From the NCBI GenBank assembly GCA_964036045.1, contig OZ038379.1:50468001-50532000 (forward strand): a stretch of 64,000 bases of DNA. Reading direction: 5' to 3'. The stretch comes from Eutreptiella sp. 'Long Island Sound 2002' (lineage: Eukaryota; Protista; Euglenida). The position numbers and the translations under genes are program-made. This document shows, piece by piece, positions 44,601-58,465 of the stretch (position 1 is its first letter; the number at the start of each line of letters is the position of its first letter). Below the pieces are notes generated by a model, which searched no databases, was not told where the DNA came from, and saw nothing but the letters and a program-made list of their open reading frames with translations.

Positions 44601-45684
44601 AGAGACATCAGTCGGAACTTCCAGAACACTCAGAGCACGGACCTTTTTAGGTTCATCAAGAAAAAAACCCCAAAATGATGTGGCACGGATCTTGTGGACG
44701 ATGATGGCCACTGTGCCCTGCATAGTAGTGTGCAAGCAATGTGGGGGGCAGCCTGGACACATAGCATGCGATCATACACAAAACACATTGGTCCCACTGC
44801 ATGACGCGCCGGGAACTAAACAAAATGTAGCTTGGATCTTGTGCCCTCAATCTCGCAACCTTTGTCCTTGGTCGACCGGACCTTGTAGGTGCGGGCCTGT
44901 GTGAGGATCAGCACCCGGTGATTTGTCTTGGTCTTTTGGTCGTACACTTCTTCCATGCCTAAGACCCACCCCGCATGGTACCCGGTTGCAGAGAAGGGGG
45001 AGGTACGAAGGAACAAGCAAAGACAGCGCAAATGAGGACGAAGCCTACAGCGTAAACAACCCTAATTGTCTACTTTCGTGTGATCTCTTTCTTCGGCACC
45101 TGTGTTTCTTTAACGAGGCAAGTGAAGACTCTTGGCAGGCCCTCCCCAAGACAAGAGCCCAGAGACACTCTCGGCTGCACTCAGCCTACTTGGGCGCCAC
45201 TTCGTTTGCCTATCGTAAACACATCGTAAACATGCACATGCACACATTGCAAACATATGTTTTTGTTGCTTCGCTTAAAAAACCACCGCGCATTTTGGTC
45301 CTTCGTGGCGCCGCAGCACGACATGGGGTCGCACTCGGTCAGGTGTGTGTGGGGCAACTAGTACTCAGTGCAGTACAAGGGCAACATGGCACAAAGTGCC
45401 GAGCAACGACACAAAAGCCTGCACAAGTGATGTGGGACACTGAGAACACGCTGAACAGGCAATGCGGCGTTGGGGACAATTGCCGAGCTAGACGTCAAAA
45501 GCGCGCACAGCGCGCTCGACACGAGCAACGTCGTGACCTACTTGTATGGGGTCGTGCAACACATGCACATCAAATATGACAACAAAGCCAGGGGCAGCAA
45601 TGCGGCCCTAGACCCAAAAGTGATGAAATTACTAAAAACGGACAATTCCACTGCGATCCTCGGAATATGTCCAATATGTACTAT

Positions 45685-46010
45685 GTGTGCCATGTGTTGT
45701 GTGTGGCATGGGTGCCTTGTGTGCCGTGTGTGCCATGTGTGCCATGCCTGCCACATGTGCCATGTGGACCACGTGTGTGGTGTGTGCCATGTGTGCCATC
45801 AGTCTTGCAATGTGACCCACGTGTGCCATGGGTTGTGCAATGTGCGCAATGTGTGGAAAATGAGCAATGTGTGCCATGCATGCCATGTGTGCCCATTGCG
45901 CCACGTGAGCAATGTGTGCCACCTGTGCCATGTGTGATGTATGTGACATGTGTGCCACTTGTGCCATGCGTGTTATCAGTTGGGTCATGCGTGCCCCATG
46001 TGTCATGTTC
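45685..46010. repeat. Degenerate 9-bp minisatellite (TGTGCCATG)n
   Basis: TGTGCCATG/TGTGCCATC/TGTGCAATG units recur and generate spurious CHV/HMA-repeat ORFs. Confidence 0.85.
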
Positions 46011-46199
46011 AGCATGTCAATTGAAACAGCGTACGTGCATTGTGGTCGCCTTTATTGTCAATATCACTTGGGGTACCTTAATTGACGATTTTTTGAAGCT
46101 CGCCGAGATTTGGAAAATAGGCATGGCTATGTGCAATTTTTTTTTGGGTCTAGCTTAAATTTTTGCCACCTTTTTTGGTTGTATGTAAAATAGGCTTAT

Positions 46200-48000
46200 T
46201 TACAAGTCTTTCACGGTCGGGCAAAATTTGTGCCGGGTTTTGTGTCTCCCTACCTTTTAGGCAGTGTTCTTCACCAATTTTGCAGGTGGGGTTGAAATTT
46301 CTCCCAGGTTTGCTTTGTGAATCTATCCGAAGGTTGTCATTATCCGTACTATTCTGCAAAGCTTGTTTCTCGTTCTATCCAGTTCTTAATGTCTTCACCT
46401 CCACTTATCCAAATTTTTTGCAGCAGTTCCGTGCCATGTACTGTCCTCTACGCCATATGCCTATCCCTTTGTCTAACTGCAGGTCACGGTATAATTGGGG
46501 AATTGTGTCGTACTTACAGCCACGCAAAGTATGAGCCCTTGGCCAGTGCAACACCAAGCAGGGTTCCTTCGATCGGCGCGGCGGACTTGCGGGTCAGGCC
46601 TTGTGGAACTCCATGATGTGTCACCAAGTTTGTATGTGGTTTGATAACTTTAGGAGTTATAGATCCGGTGTGCATCCTCGTACACCGGATTTAAATTTGA
46701 ATTGCAATGCACTTGCAGTGTTGCACGGCATTGCTTTACCCCCCTACTCGGGTCTTCGAAAGCTGGCTGAAATTGAGACCAGGGTACCAAAGGTCGCAAA
46801 TGACATTTTTTGATCGATTGTTGTACTTTTTAGTCGTATTGATGTCGCCAACCGAAGCGTTCACAGTTTTTGGGTTCAGGACCATTTGGATATTGCTCGC
46901 CACAACGTACGTTCCCTAAATTGGAGACCCTTTTTCTTTTCCGAGTGGCGGTGTGGCACACACAACGAGCTATTGCGGCTTGCGTTTGATTTGACGTGTG
47001 TTGAACAACGCACTAGACACCGCGTACCACTGCTTGTAGACATGAAAATACACTTTGCACCGTTGAAGCTCTGTTACGGTGCAGCCTATGTTTGCTGGAA
47101 CGCACCGCAACTGCTTTTGGGGTTTCACCTCATACATGGCAGCGAGCACAAGTACAAGTATGCTGCCGAACTTATCTATCCGGCCTTCCGACCCCACATT
47201 GAGTTTGTGGAATAGTGTAAAAGCCTATAGGTCGGTTCTATCCCACCTCGAAAGGCAAAGGTTATTCATATAGAAAACACACTGCTTGGTGTTTTGCTTT
47301 CCACACCCTGCAATAGAGCCGGGCCGGATGCGTTTGTGTCTACTTTGTTTATGGGACCATCGGTATTTAATAGCCATTCAGCAAAAGGGTCTATATATGC
47401 ACGGTCCTAAAGGCGCCATTGCACATATATTGCCCGGCCGTTTCAACTATTGGGACTGTGGTGCGAGAATGCAATTGCGGGGGCCAGGGGGCTGGATGTG
47501 GGACTGTTGCTAAGCAGGCACTTGAGATGTGACAATTGGTTATGCTAAACATACTCAAGCTGGAAGAGCAGTTGACCACAGAGTGAAGGCCACTCATGTG
47601 GCTCTCCCGTTTTGGAGCTAGTGACATTCTTCCTCCCTGGGCTGTATCCAGTGTGAGGAGGTAGGTGAGTCACTGCTTAAAAGCTGGTGTGCATACATGT
47701 TTATAATGTACACCATTCTATGGGCAAAATTGAGGCCACCTCTTTGACCAGCCAATGTTCAACAATGAAAGTGTGCCTAATAGAGGTCTGGCGGAAACTT
47801 TTGCTTGGCCATACCAAGAGTCGTGGAAGAAATCAAAAATTCAGCTATTTTACAGGGGATGATATAGTCCACGACAAATTTTGTCAGTGGTACATCACTT
47901 GTAGTCCCATCTTCAGGGCTGATGTTACAATGGAGACTTTGGAGGCAGTGGAATCTTTTTTAGCTGACACTACTTCCCAAACTGGCACGACATAGGAGAC
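46200..48000 (+). pseudogene. Degenerate DDE-type transposase, possibly Academ/DUF6589-like (copy 2)
   Basis: CMWFDNFRSYRSGVHP, LVDMKIH, LIHGSEHKYKY and CIQCEEVGESLLKS are colinear with copy 1 at 6.0-7.8 kb. There are many stops and frameshifts. Confidence 0.5.
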
Positions 48001-49555
48001 ACAACAATTTGAGGAGAGTACTCCAGCTGCACACGGCCTTCAAAAGAAGCACGGGGGACGAGCCAAGAAGAATGCAATGGCAGCCGTCCAGTTCGGGTCA
48101 CCTCAACGAACAACATACAAGTACGCTGCGATCACAGTGTTATTGACCATGACAAAAACTTTGGCCCGGTGCGCAGACGATCCGATGATAGGGTACAACT
48201 TTGGTATGATGACCTAAAGGCTGCACCGCCTGTGGGTTTTATCCAGAACTTCATTTCCTATACCATGACTCCGATGTCCGTTGTATTTATGTTTCTCACC
48301 GTCACTGTTTTTGTGTTGACCGTGTGTTGTCTTTCTACACGCCATTTGTGGCGACCTGCACATAGGGTACTTCTCGGGGGTCAGGGTGTTTACATTATTG
48401 CCCAAAAATACAAACAGGATTTTTTAAGATGCAAAACCTGGATACCCCTAGCTAGTCTTTGGTATTTGAGGGATAAGAGGTCAAACGTGATTGCCCCCTG
48501 GGGGTCAGACACCGTCTTGTAGCCGTCCACCAAATTCACAGTCCTGCTGGCTCAGCTTCGATTGCTTGAGGGCAAATGTCATTGCTTGTGAATAGGCTTC
48601 AAGAGGAAGAGGAACAACACCAAACCCTTGTGTATCACACTACCGTTCTTCTTGACGAGTGCGGTGTAACTGCCAAGGAAGGCACCATGATGTGTTTCGA
48701 TGGTAGATTCTGCAGACGTGGGCCAGTTTTGGTGTTGGGTGGTTGTTGAAAACAGTGGGTGCTAATGCAGTTGACGCCATGACAGCCATGGAGAATCCTG
48801 CCCTTGGTACCTTCAAAGAAGTGGAGGGCATTATGCCTCACCGACTTTGAGGAATTTCACCTTGCATGGATGGGACAAAAAGTACCCTGCCCTCTAAAAA
48901 ACATTATAAGGGATATGAAAAGAGTACAGATGTGGGCTTCGCAGTTGCTTCATCCACAGGCAGTCACCCGGGGCACGTCCATGAGAGTAGAGGTATGTCC
49001 AATACGGGTGTATATTTGAATAATGTCATCGACCAAGGCAAAATTTCAGCGAGCTTTCGTTTCATTCAATGAAGCTTTGAAAGTAACCACCCTTTTGTCT
49101 TACTAATCTACAACTGCTGCCATCACTTCAACACGACTTGCCTCAGCAATCGGTTTTCCAGTGCTTGTTTCAACCTGTGGGTACATTGCACACTGGATAG
49201 TTACAAAACTAGAATCCGACTTCTCCTAAACCAGCTTAACAACATGACGGTGCAACAGGTTCCGCGGTCCTTCATAATTTGGATCTGCCCACAAAGGTGC
49301 CATAATTACTGGTGGCCATGGTGGCCACGGCTTTTCTTCGCTCCAACACCAACTCCCATAACAAACTTGAGGTGTGACATTATGTCACCCTCTTGGCTTG
49401 CCATTGAAATGGTGAACCCAACAGGCACCAAACAAGCAGGGAACAAGGCCGACGGGACTGAAAGCCGGCCTCAGCGTAATGCGGCCACAAGCAGCTATGG
49501 GGGCAAGTGACCCATGCAAGCCTCCCGCTATAATGTTGTTTTTCCAAACCACACC

Positions 49556-49559
<4 letters not shown>

Positions 49560-49585
<26 letters not shown>
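49560..49585. repeat. (CA)n microsatellite
   Basis: Direct reading. Confidence 0.9.
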
Positions 49586-49586
<1 letters not shown>

Positions 49587-51443
49587 CACAATGCTTTGCC
49601 ACTGTCCAAGGAATGCACAACAGGCCTTCAGTGTTGCTGCTTAGCTTTTGCTGTCTGCTCTACTTGTGTTCGGTGGTGGTTAGGGGGCTGATGTAAGAGC
49701 CACTAAGGGCCACGGTTGCAGAGGACATGTATGAATGTGATGTTTCCGTGTACAATTTGTCTTCCAAGACCCCATTGTATACTTGCAGTACCCATCGGCT
49801 TTCCATTGGTTGCACCACTCCCTTTGAGGAGAAATTGCACCGGTACGTTTGCTTATCGTGAGGGACCTGTGACCTCTATGATGCCTGTCGAGATCTTCTC
49901 GTATCTGTTGGACCTAGTGCCTCGCCCTCTATGTATTTTGCAAGCAGCGACGCCCCACTTCACAAACCGATTGTCTAGGTGTTCACAAAGGCTGTGCTCC
50001 AATGTTCAGGATTGGGGCTGTGATTGTGCCTCCTTTGATGCTGGCTGACTGTGACACACAAGGTTGTTAACAAACTCGCGAAGGTACGTGAAATGGCATA
50101 TACAAAAGGCACAACCGGATTAGTCTAAATTTGTGTCTATAAGGGGTCCCCAAAGGTGGGCGGATTGTCATGCGTAAGACTTTGTCGTCACAGGAAGCGC
50201 ATCTGGGAAGGGCAGATTTAGGGCCAAAGGTCGTAGGGGACGGATATGGGTTGGGCGAGCGATCCTGAAAAGAGAACCGCCACCCCTTGGCCATGCCGCC
50301 TTTGTTCGCGGCCCGGGGGACATATGTGTGGATGACGTCCATGGTATTGGTCTTGGGTGACCCTATCGGCAATGGAGTTAAGGTGCACCAACTCGCCCCC
50401 ATCCACGTGTTGTAACCAAGTTGGACGCATAAAAAGAGGCTAGAAAGAGAAAGAAAGAGGTGGTGATTGCTGTAGTCTTGCAATTCAGACCACCCCTTGA
50501 CAACCATTTGTCTCGGCCTTGAAACCCTGACCCCGGCAGAAGAATCCTGCCACAGTCCCCATACCCCTCTAGCTAGCAGATACCTCAACCCGAGACAACC
50601 AGTCAAGGACCATGCCACAACTCTGTCTCACAACCCTTGCCCAAGAAAATTGCCTGAATAAATCAGCAACCAAGAGAATAGCACCCATGAGAGAGCACAA
50701 AAAAAACTCCAACAACCACGTCTACCAATTGCATGGTCAAGGGTCTTGGGTTCGCCTGGGGTGCACTACGCGTACATGCACAGCCGTAAACCTCAAAACA
50801 GGGTTCACCGTATAAAATTGATGCTCTTCAAAAAACGCTTTCTGGCAGCTAGTATCACGCCGAAATCAAACCAATGACGCTTGGAAAATTTACCACGCCG
50901 TCGCCGTAAAATTTTGCACAGGATGTTGGCTTTTTCACCTTTCATCGAACCCGATATTTAACAAAAAAGAGACAGCATTAATGGATGGACACCTTGTGTG
51001 GCTGCATTTTTTTAGTCAATGACAAATTGGCAAGGTACTTTTGATTTCTGTTGTACATTATTTTACCCGTTGCTTCATTTGAGTGGGGGATTGGAGGCAG
51101 CTTATGTACACTAGTCGGTACAATTGGAAAAGACATGAGACACTAAACCAGTTTGATGGGCCAAAAATTCAAAGATATAGCTGTTTTTTTGTGGAAACCG
51201 GCGTCGATGGAACCACTGCTCTCCAAGGGGGCACCCTTAATTTTTACGGCGCCAGCGCCGTAAAGAAAAAAAGAGTGTCTGCTGCAAGGGGCAACCTTGA
51301 AAAAGATTCTTGGGATGCACAAGGTGGGGGTAGGGACAAGATAGGCTGACCACATCCTAAGTAACCCCCACCGGCTCACCAGTTGAACCCCTCCCCTCAC
51401 CAGTTCAATGAGCAGGGGGGGATTATTCTGAAGTGTGTAAACA

Positions 51444-52706
51444 TTTAAGGCGCCAGCGCCGTAAAATAAGAGGGGGTGATTCACACAACGGTGTACAGAT
51501 GGTAAGCAGTATCCCCCCGAAAAAAATAAGGGGTTTGCATGTTTGCATGGGTTTGCAAGGTGGAGGTGTGGATTTCCCCCACATAGGATTCTCCCACACA
51601 GCCCGTCCCCTGCCTGCTTGTATTTTTTTGTCAGCCCCTGTCAAAGGTGATGTGGACTTTTAATTCTTGTGTGAAAAGAGATGAGGGATAGCACCTCCCC
51701 CTCAGTTCTCATGGCAATATTTTCCCCTACCTGTGGTCAATTGCATTCATTTGCAATGCAAGCACCATTAAGAACCGTAAAGAAGAGTTAAGAACAATTG
51801 TGTAGAACGCGGCAAAGATAACAGCCAGACGAGGAAACATTCAGTTGACTGTCATGGGTGTTTTATGAGCGTTCCGTCAGTGACCACATTTTGTGTCACC
51901 TTAGGAGGTCCATTTTTCAAGCTTTTGCACAATTATAAGGGTGTTCTTATTTTGCAGGGGTGCTCGTATTTTGCAGGGGTGCCGTCAAACCGTTTTTTTT
52001 TTGGCACCATTTGCACACAGCACCCACGGGCATTGGTGTCCAAGCCCTCATGGGGCACTGCTTTGTTTGCCCCCAACAAAATTGAGTGCAGTGGGGTGGC
52101 TTTCAACGGGTCGGTTTTTGCATATGGGCTGAAAAGCAACACTGTTTCCTCGCCCCAAACACGATTTTTAGTGCACAAATTCAATTATTGTTAGAAAAAA
52201 GGCCATTTGCGAGTACGGCGCAATGTGCAAATGCATTGGGGGCACAAAGATGTGAGGACTTGGGCACCAATGCCCGTCGGTGCTGTGTGCAAGTGGTGCA
52301 AAAAAAAGTTTGGTAGGATAGCACCACGGCAAAACAAGAGCACTCCGAAAAAATTTGCAACAACACTAAAATTGCCACCTCTTTCGGTGAAACAAGAAGT
52401 GGTTTGTGGCCGAACGCTCATGTAAAACCCATGACAATAAACTGAAAGTGTCCTGGTCTGGCTATCATTTGTGCCACCTTCTCCACAAGAATGTGAAGGC
52501 CACATCACCTTTCACAGGGGCTCCCAAAAAAACAAGCAGGTAGGGGACGCGCTGTGTGGGAGAATCCTATGTGGGGGAAATGCACACCCACCCTGCAAAC
52601 CCATGCAAGCATGCAATCCCCTGATTTTTTTCGTGGGGATCATGCTTACCACGTGTACACCGTTGTGTGAATACCCCCTATCACGTTACGGCGCTAGCAC
52701 CGGAAA
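51444..52706. mobile_element. ~1.26-kb non-autonomous foldback/MITE-like element with ~210-bp inverted arms and nested inner inverted repeats
   Basis: 51444-51655 is the reverse complement of ~52500-52706 (roughly 80% by eye). An inner pair lies at ~51990-52075 and ~52225-52312. There is no coding capacity. Confidence 0.75.
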
Positions 52707-53188
52707 TATTTACGGATGTGGAGCCGTAAAATTTTTTGTCACTGCAGAATGATCCCCTGAATCAAACCTCCTTGTCAACCCCAGACCTGTGTGCCCACGG
52801 GACTGCATGACCGTGTGTTGAACCCCCAACTTTGGCTTGTCCTGTCCGTCCCCATCCACTATCCCTAGCATCCTTGTACCTCGCCTCCCTCAAGTAGGCC
52901 TCTTGTCATGTTCTCTTGGTGAAGTCGTGCTCCTGACATTTATGTGTTTCGTGCGGGAAACAACGTGCAAATGGGGAGGGGGGGGGGAGCATCTGTTCTA
53001 TTCCCTTGGTACAGGCTGGAAGACCCAATCTCGTTCTAGCCTAGACGCCACTAGAGTGGCTAGAACGAAGAAAAAAAAAGGCGGTAACCCCCCCCCGGGG
53101 GGGGGGGGGGGTTGAGGTGTTTAACCTAGGCACACCTATTCGTCCTCCGGGGGGCATGGTTTTTTTTCCACAATTTGACTGTTTTCAC

Positions 53189-53309
53189 CTGATTTTGGAG
53201 TCCAAAAAATTTTCCTTCTAGCGGCGTTGTAGCGACGTCTAGCGAGCGGCGCTGAAGCGCCGCTACAACGCCACTAGAACGGTTCGCTAGAACGCCGCTA
53301 GAACAATAC
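53189..53309 (-). other. Putative GT-AG intron (~121 nt), palindromic CTAG-repeat core, minus strand
   Basis: The minus strand reads GTATTGTTCTAGCGGCG...AAAATCAG|. The flanking exons were not identified. Confidence 0.4.
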
Positions 53310-53432
53310 ATATGAATGCTCCGCCACTCCTCAAAGAGAAATTGCCCGGGCTACCATGGCCAGCCGTGGCCAATTACAGGGTCCCGATGCCGGACCCAAC
53401 TCACGGAGCGCCAGGTTCCATCCCCCCGGGAC

Positions 53433-54610
53433 CCGGGACCCCTATGGGAATGTGCCGGGTGTGGGGGACACCCGGTATGTCCCTTGGAAGGAGGGGGGCA
53501 ATGGGGGGACCGTCAACCAAGTGACGGTGTTGGGAGATTGGGATGAAGAGTTGGACCCGGGGGAGTGGTGCGTGGTGTCGCAGGGGTCCAATGGGGAGGG
53601 GGGGAAGAAGGGGAAGAAGAGGAAGCGGGAGAAAGAGGGGGGCACCTTCCGGGTGCCGGGGGAGTGCCTCTTTCTCACCCGGGAAGAGACGGAGGCCAAC
53701 CTCCGAGACGCCTTGCGGGAGGGGGACGACGGGGACAACGGGGATGATGGGGATGACCGGGATGACGAGGAGGACGAGTGTGGCGACAAGGGGGAGGGGG
53801 GTGACAAGGGGGGTGAGGTGGGGGTCCACAAGGGGGGTGAGAGGGAAGGGGACACGGGGGGTGAGAAGGGGGGTGCCAGGAGCAAGGATGAGCCCCGGCA
53901 ACCCCCCACCACGTAGGAGGGGTAACCTGTGTGTCGCGACTCCCGAATGGTGGCTTGCGGGGGTAGGGGGGCTAATTGGGCTAACTGGGTTGATCGGGCT
54001 AATCCACCACCAAGTGACCCGGCGTCGGCCCGCCAAGTGCCCTTCCAAGTGACCTCTGGGGTGCGGTGGGGGGCTAACCGGGCGAACCGGGAGGTGCAGA
54101 GAGGCCACCCCCCCCCAAGGCCCTCAAACCCAAACCCCCCCCCAAGGCCCCCAAGAAGAAACCCCGCTTCGAGAGTAGCAAGGAAGCCCCCCCCCCCGAG
54201 GCCCAGACCAAGGCCAAGGCCAAGCCCAAGCCCAAGGGCAAGGGCAAGGGCAAGCCCCCCCTCCCCCAAACCCCAAGCCCCCCCCCCCCTTGGAGGATAG
54301 GGGCCGCGCTAGTGGTGGTGGTGGTGCTGCTGCTGTTGGTCTCCCTTGCCCGGTCCTGTACCCTGACCCAACCCTTGCGCTACGAGTCCATGCCCCTCGC
54401 ACTCCTACCCGCCTCCCACCTACCCAAACCGTCCAGCACCGAAAGGGCTAAATTGGGGTCATTCCCCATCATCCGGCCCAACTCGGTGATCCCCACGAGG
54501 CGCGTCCAGCCTCCGCCATCGCGCCACTCCACGCGTACCCCGCGGGGGTCGGCTCCACACGTCTACACGCTCGCAACCTGAGAACATAAACATGAGACAG
54601 GTGTATTCTA
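53433..54610. repeat. Rearranged duplicate (X-Y-inverted Z) of the 58575-59720 segment (Z-Y-X)
   Basis: X 53433-54080 matches 59091-59720 (direct). Y 54112-54300 matches 58905-59090 (direct). 54305-54610 is the reverse complement of 58575-58890. Confidence 0.85.
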
Positions 54611-54869
54611 GAGAGCTGGAATGGCTGCAAATGCATGACAATCTGCTGGTGGGACACCGGCAAGTGGCGGTTGTGGAGCTAGCTCTCAAATTGGAGTCCC
54701 ATGGGGGCAACTCTTGGCCCCACCCGCAATTACGGTTTACAGGCTTGGAGATGTCACTGTAAAAAAAGGGCAGTCCGGCCGGCGGTCACCATCATGGCCA
54801 ATCCTTGGGCACTCCCCCCACCAATAGCACCTTCGTCCGCCGCTAGCCGCTGCATGGGAGTTGCAGCTC

Positions 54870-55760
54870 ACGCCATGGATAGCCATCATGTTGCACCCGA
54901 CGCTTTCTTAGCAGGAAGAGCAGGCCTTCCTCCTCCTCCTTTCTGCTCGTGCTTTGGAGCACCGCCACAAACATGCCATGCACTTTGTCAACAAGCTGCT
55001 CCAGCGGACCGTCCGCCCATTGCTGCCCCGCCAGGGCAAGCTCTATGCTCTGACAACAACCTTCCTCCCACTCCTCACCCGGACCTGGCACCCAGTGCCA
55101 ACGGACCCTGTGGAGCTCCATGCATCTCTTCTTCCCCGCCGGGTCCCGCATTAGCCTGCTGTGGGCGGCCGCTAAATCGGGCAGCACACCACAGAGATTA
55201 AGGCACGGATGCCACTCCGAGAGCGCTGCCAGCTTGAGCACTCTAGCAAGTAGCATGACATGCAATAGAAACGGTTCCATGGCCACGTACCATGCGTGGC
55301 AATACCACAGTAGATGGTCTTCGTCCTCCCCGGCCCTTTGGTGGAGCATGGCCAGCGGTTGTTGGGGCAGAGCCCCGTCTCTTGCCGGTCATCCAAATGG
55401 CTCCCGCCAGGGCTCCCCTAAGCAGTATGCAGCTATATCGTGAAAGCGGTGAGCTCCCTGATCATGAACTCTTTGTTTAGGCCCACTCCCCATCCTCGGA
55501 ATGTGCGTGGTCTCCGCTTTTCCAACGCCGCTAGCTGGTTTGCTCTGAGTGACTCTCTAAAGAGGTGCTCCACATACTTCATGGAGGCGTGCACCACGTG
55601 CACTATCATCCTTGTGCGCGGAATGGCCCATTGCCACCATCCTCGTACGCAACGCCGGCCCAATTTACGAAACTCATGGATCGCGTGTCCCAGCGGGCAG
55701 CCTCGGGTGCCTCCGTACGTGCCTCCAACTTGGACCGCTTGGCCCACTCCCTCGCGGGCC
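54870..55760 (-). pseudogene. Non-LTR retrotransposon ORF2 C-terminal relic
   Basis: Contains the zinc-knuckle motif C..C...GEDEDHLLWYCHAW and WHPCLNLCG. Homologous to 60734-61560. Confidence 0.75.
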
Positions 55761-57045
55761 TTTGGGTGTTGAGCGTGGCCAATTGCAATGACAAGAGCAT
55801 GCACACCCTTGGGACGTTGTGGAAGAGCAATTGGGAGGTACTCCTCTCACCTAGTGCCTTTCACTCGTTCTAGTTTTGATCTAGTTAGCCTCGGACACTA
55901 CTCGCTAGAAGCTAGGCTAGACTAGACTAGACCAAAATGAACCATCCCCCATGTCTCGTGTTTAGGTGATTCAAGACATGATTGACACGGGGCTTGTCCA
56001 ATGGGGGCCCTCCAACAAGAAGGCAAAGGTGATCCTCGGGGGGGGGGGATCAACCGTGGACAGGAAGGGTGATCGGGGTGTGCACATGCCCCCTAGTGGG
56101 CTCCATGTTCAATGAGGGGATATGGAATGCCCAAAAGAAGACTTGGGAGGGCAGTGCTTTCCCGCGGACCATGGAGCGTGATGAGCCCCACTGCAAGCCG
56201 CTGGCTGAAGTACGCAGCGGGTTTTGAAATTGCCGCGTGCCAGGGTCATCTTGTGCATTTTGCACTTGACAACGGCCATGGGCCGCTTGTTGGGGGAGTT
56301 TGTCAACCGGGAGGCTAGGGCGGTCACCCTTGCGCTGCGTCAAGACCTGCAAGTTCTCTTGTCGGAGAGGCGTGCAGGTTGGAGTGTTTATGGGTCAGCT
56401 TCCGCGGACGGGGAAGAGACGGCCAATTTTTTTGAGGTACGGCCGGAAATTGCTAGGTGCCTCGGCATTAGGCCGAGCACGGCCAAGTACAAGGCCATCG
56501 TGAACTTGTGGGACCTGTTGCAGGCCCTCTATTGTACATATCATGGGCCTAACCCTTTGAACAGCGCCGCCGTGGCAAGGGATTTTCTCACGGCCCTGTA
56601 CTGTCGGTACAGCATCATGGTATCTACTGAGCCTCGAGCATGATGTAAATGCCATATTGCAGAACATTAAGCCATTTGGGTTGGCTAGGATCTCGGGTGA
56701 CATTTCGGAAAGCATCAACCGCTTTCTGAAACATGGTCATAATGAGCACAGCAACTGGGGGGGGGGGGGGCTGTCGGGTGGAGGGGGTGGACGAGGTGCC
56801 GGGTCGTCAGTGGGAGGCCATCCACAGGGAGGCCAATGTGCAAGCACAGCGCATGACGTGGCTGTTTGCATACTTTGACGTGTCGTGGGTTGTGCACGGG
56901 GGGAGCCGGTCGCACGTGCCGTGCTCGGGCAGCGATGCCATGGAGTCGAGGAGGGGCCGAGGCCACATGCATGATTCCCTCGAACAAAATCTTCACCATC
57001 AGCAACATGGCTTCCAAGGAACTGATTAGGCAGCTCATGCAAAAG
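55760..57045 (+). pseudogene. Second, divergent Transib/RAG1/Chapaev-like transposase relic (intron-containing)
   Basis: After removing intron 55838-55965: KVILGGDQPW (D2), VILCILHLTTAMGR (LH), ADGEETANFFE (cf. Transib DGNTARRFF), WYLLSLEHD and ISGDISESINRFLK (catalytic E). The first catalytic D is missing, and there are stops and frameshifts. Confidence 0.7.
55838..55965 (+). other. Putative GT-AG intron (128 nt) with CTAG-repeat core
   Basis: GAG|GTACTC ... GTGTTTAG|GTG. Removal gives the in-frame junction KSNWE|VIQDM. Confidence 0.6.
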
Positions 57046-57189
57046 GTATTTTGTCGTGCGTTCTAGCGCTGATCTAGGGAAGCGTTCTAGTGTTGATCTA
57101 GGCAGCACGATCGTTCGCTAGAACGTCGCTAGAACGCCGCTAGAAGGGTTGCCGAGAACGCTGCTAGAACGCTCCTGCGTTTTTTGTAG
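57046..57189 (+). other. Putative GT-AG intron (144 nt), palindromic CTAG-repeat core
   Basis: AAG|GTATTT ... TTTTTGTAG|CAA. Removal gives the in-frame junction RQLMQK|QQQTAELL. Confidence 0.65.
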
Positions 57190-58465
57190 CAACAGCAGAC
57201 GGCGGAGCTGCTGGCAGCGGTGATCGCGTAGCAGGAGGAGCAAGAGCAGCAGGCCTAGCCCAAGGCCGAGCAGGCCGCAGCCAAGCCCAAGGCCACGGCC
57301 GAGGCCAACGCTGCGGCCGAGCTCAAGCCCAAGCCATCCCCCCTCGCCAAGCCCAAGCCCAAGCCCCAACCCCAAGCCCCACCACCTCCGTTGCCACCCC
57401 CTCACCCGTTGGCCACCAAGAAGTCGGCCAAGGCGGCCCATGAGCGTGAGCAGCTGGAGGAGGCGCGAGGTCTCTCAAGTTACCTCGCAGCGCAAAAGGG
57501 TGCAAAGGCCAAGGCGGAGACCAAGGTCGGCCAACGGGAGACCAAGCCGGTGGAGCTGCGCAGGATTGGGGATGAGGAGCGGATCGCCATCGCGGAGCAC
57601 TCCCTCGGCAAGGCGACGGAGAAGGTGGAGGAGAAGGAGGTGATCCGGCAGCGGGATCGCAGTGTGCGGAGGATGGAGAGTATCGTGGCGGCGGAGGTGG
57701 ATGAGGTGGTGGAGGTGGAAGTGGCAGCTGAGGAGATGGTGGAGGAGACGGTGAAGGAGGAGGGGGAGGCGAAGGTGGTGGTGGAGACGGCGGTGGTGGG
57801 GGGGGATTGGCTGAGGTTTTTTTTGGGGTCGAGGGATGCGGGGGCCATCCGGGACCTGCCGTGAGACCCGGCCGTCCTCGCTGGCACCCCCCCCCCCCCC
57901 AAACCTGGACCGGCCCCTCCTCGTCACCCCGGAGAGTCCGGTTTGGACTCTCCGTTTTTTGATGCAACGGGTGAATCAAAGACTGTTGGGGCCCGGTAGT
58001 TGGGTATGGGTGGACGAGGGGGGGGTGGTCCACCTCGACAAACCCATGCGGGTGGAGGTGGTCCGAGGGTGGTGGGGGTGGGAACCGGAGTTGCCCGGGC
58101 GGAAATGGGGGGAGACGCGACCCCCCCCCCCCCCGGAAAAGGGGGTGAAGATGTTTGAGCTGGCCCAACACAACCTCTTCACCCCCGAGAAGAAAAAGGG
58201 GGGGGCACCCACTGGCGATTCGTTGCCATGTGATCGCAGGCGCTGGGACTGGGGGGGATGGAGTTTGTGGGGAGGACCTGAACGGCCAACCGGGGGGCGT
58301 ACGCCGGATTGGTGCACCGCATCGCCTCCCGGCCCAAGTCGAAGCCCAAGCTCGCCGCAACCCCCGCAACTGGGAACCCCCCGCAGCGGCACCCCCCCCA
58401 ACCCCTGAGACGCCTTCGCCAAGGCCCTGGGGGCCATCTCCCCCGCCGTGCACCGGTAGGGCACG

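Noticed and set aside
45470-46158. Cys/His-rich metallothionein-like proteins
   Set aside because: These are translations of the degenerate TGTGCCATG minisatellite, open in several frames on both strands.
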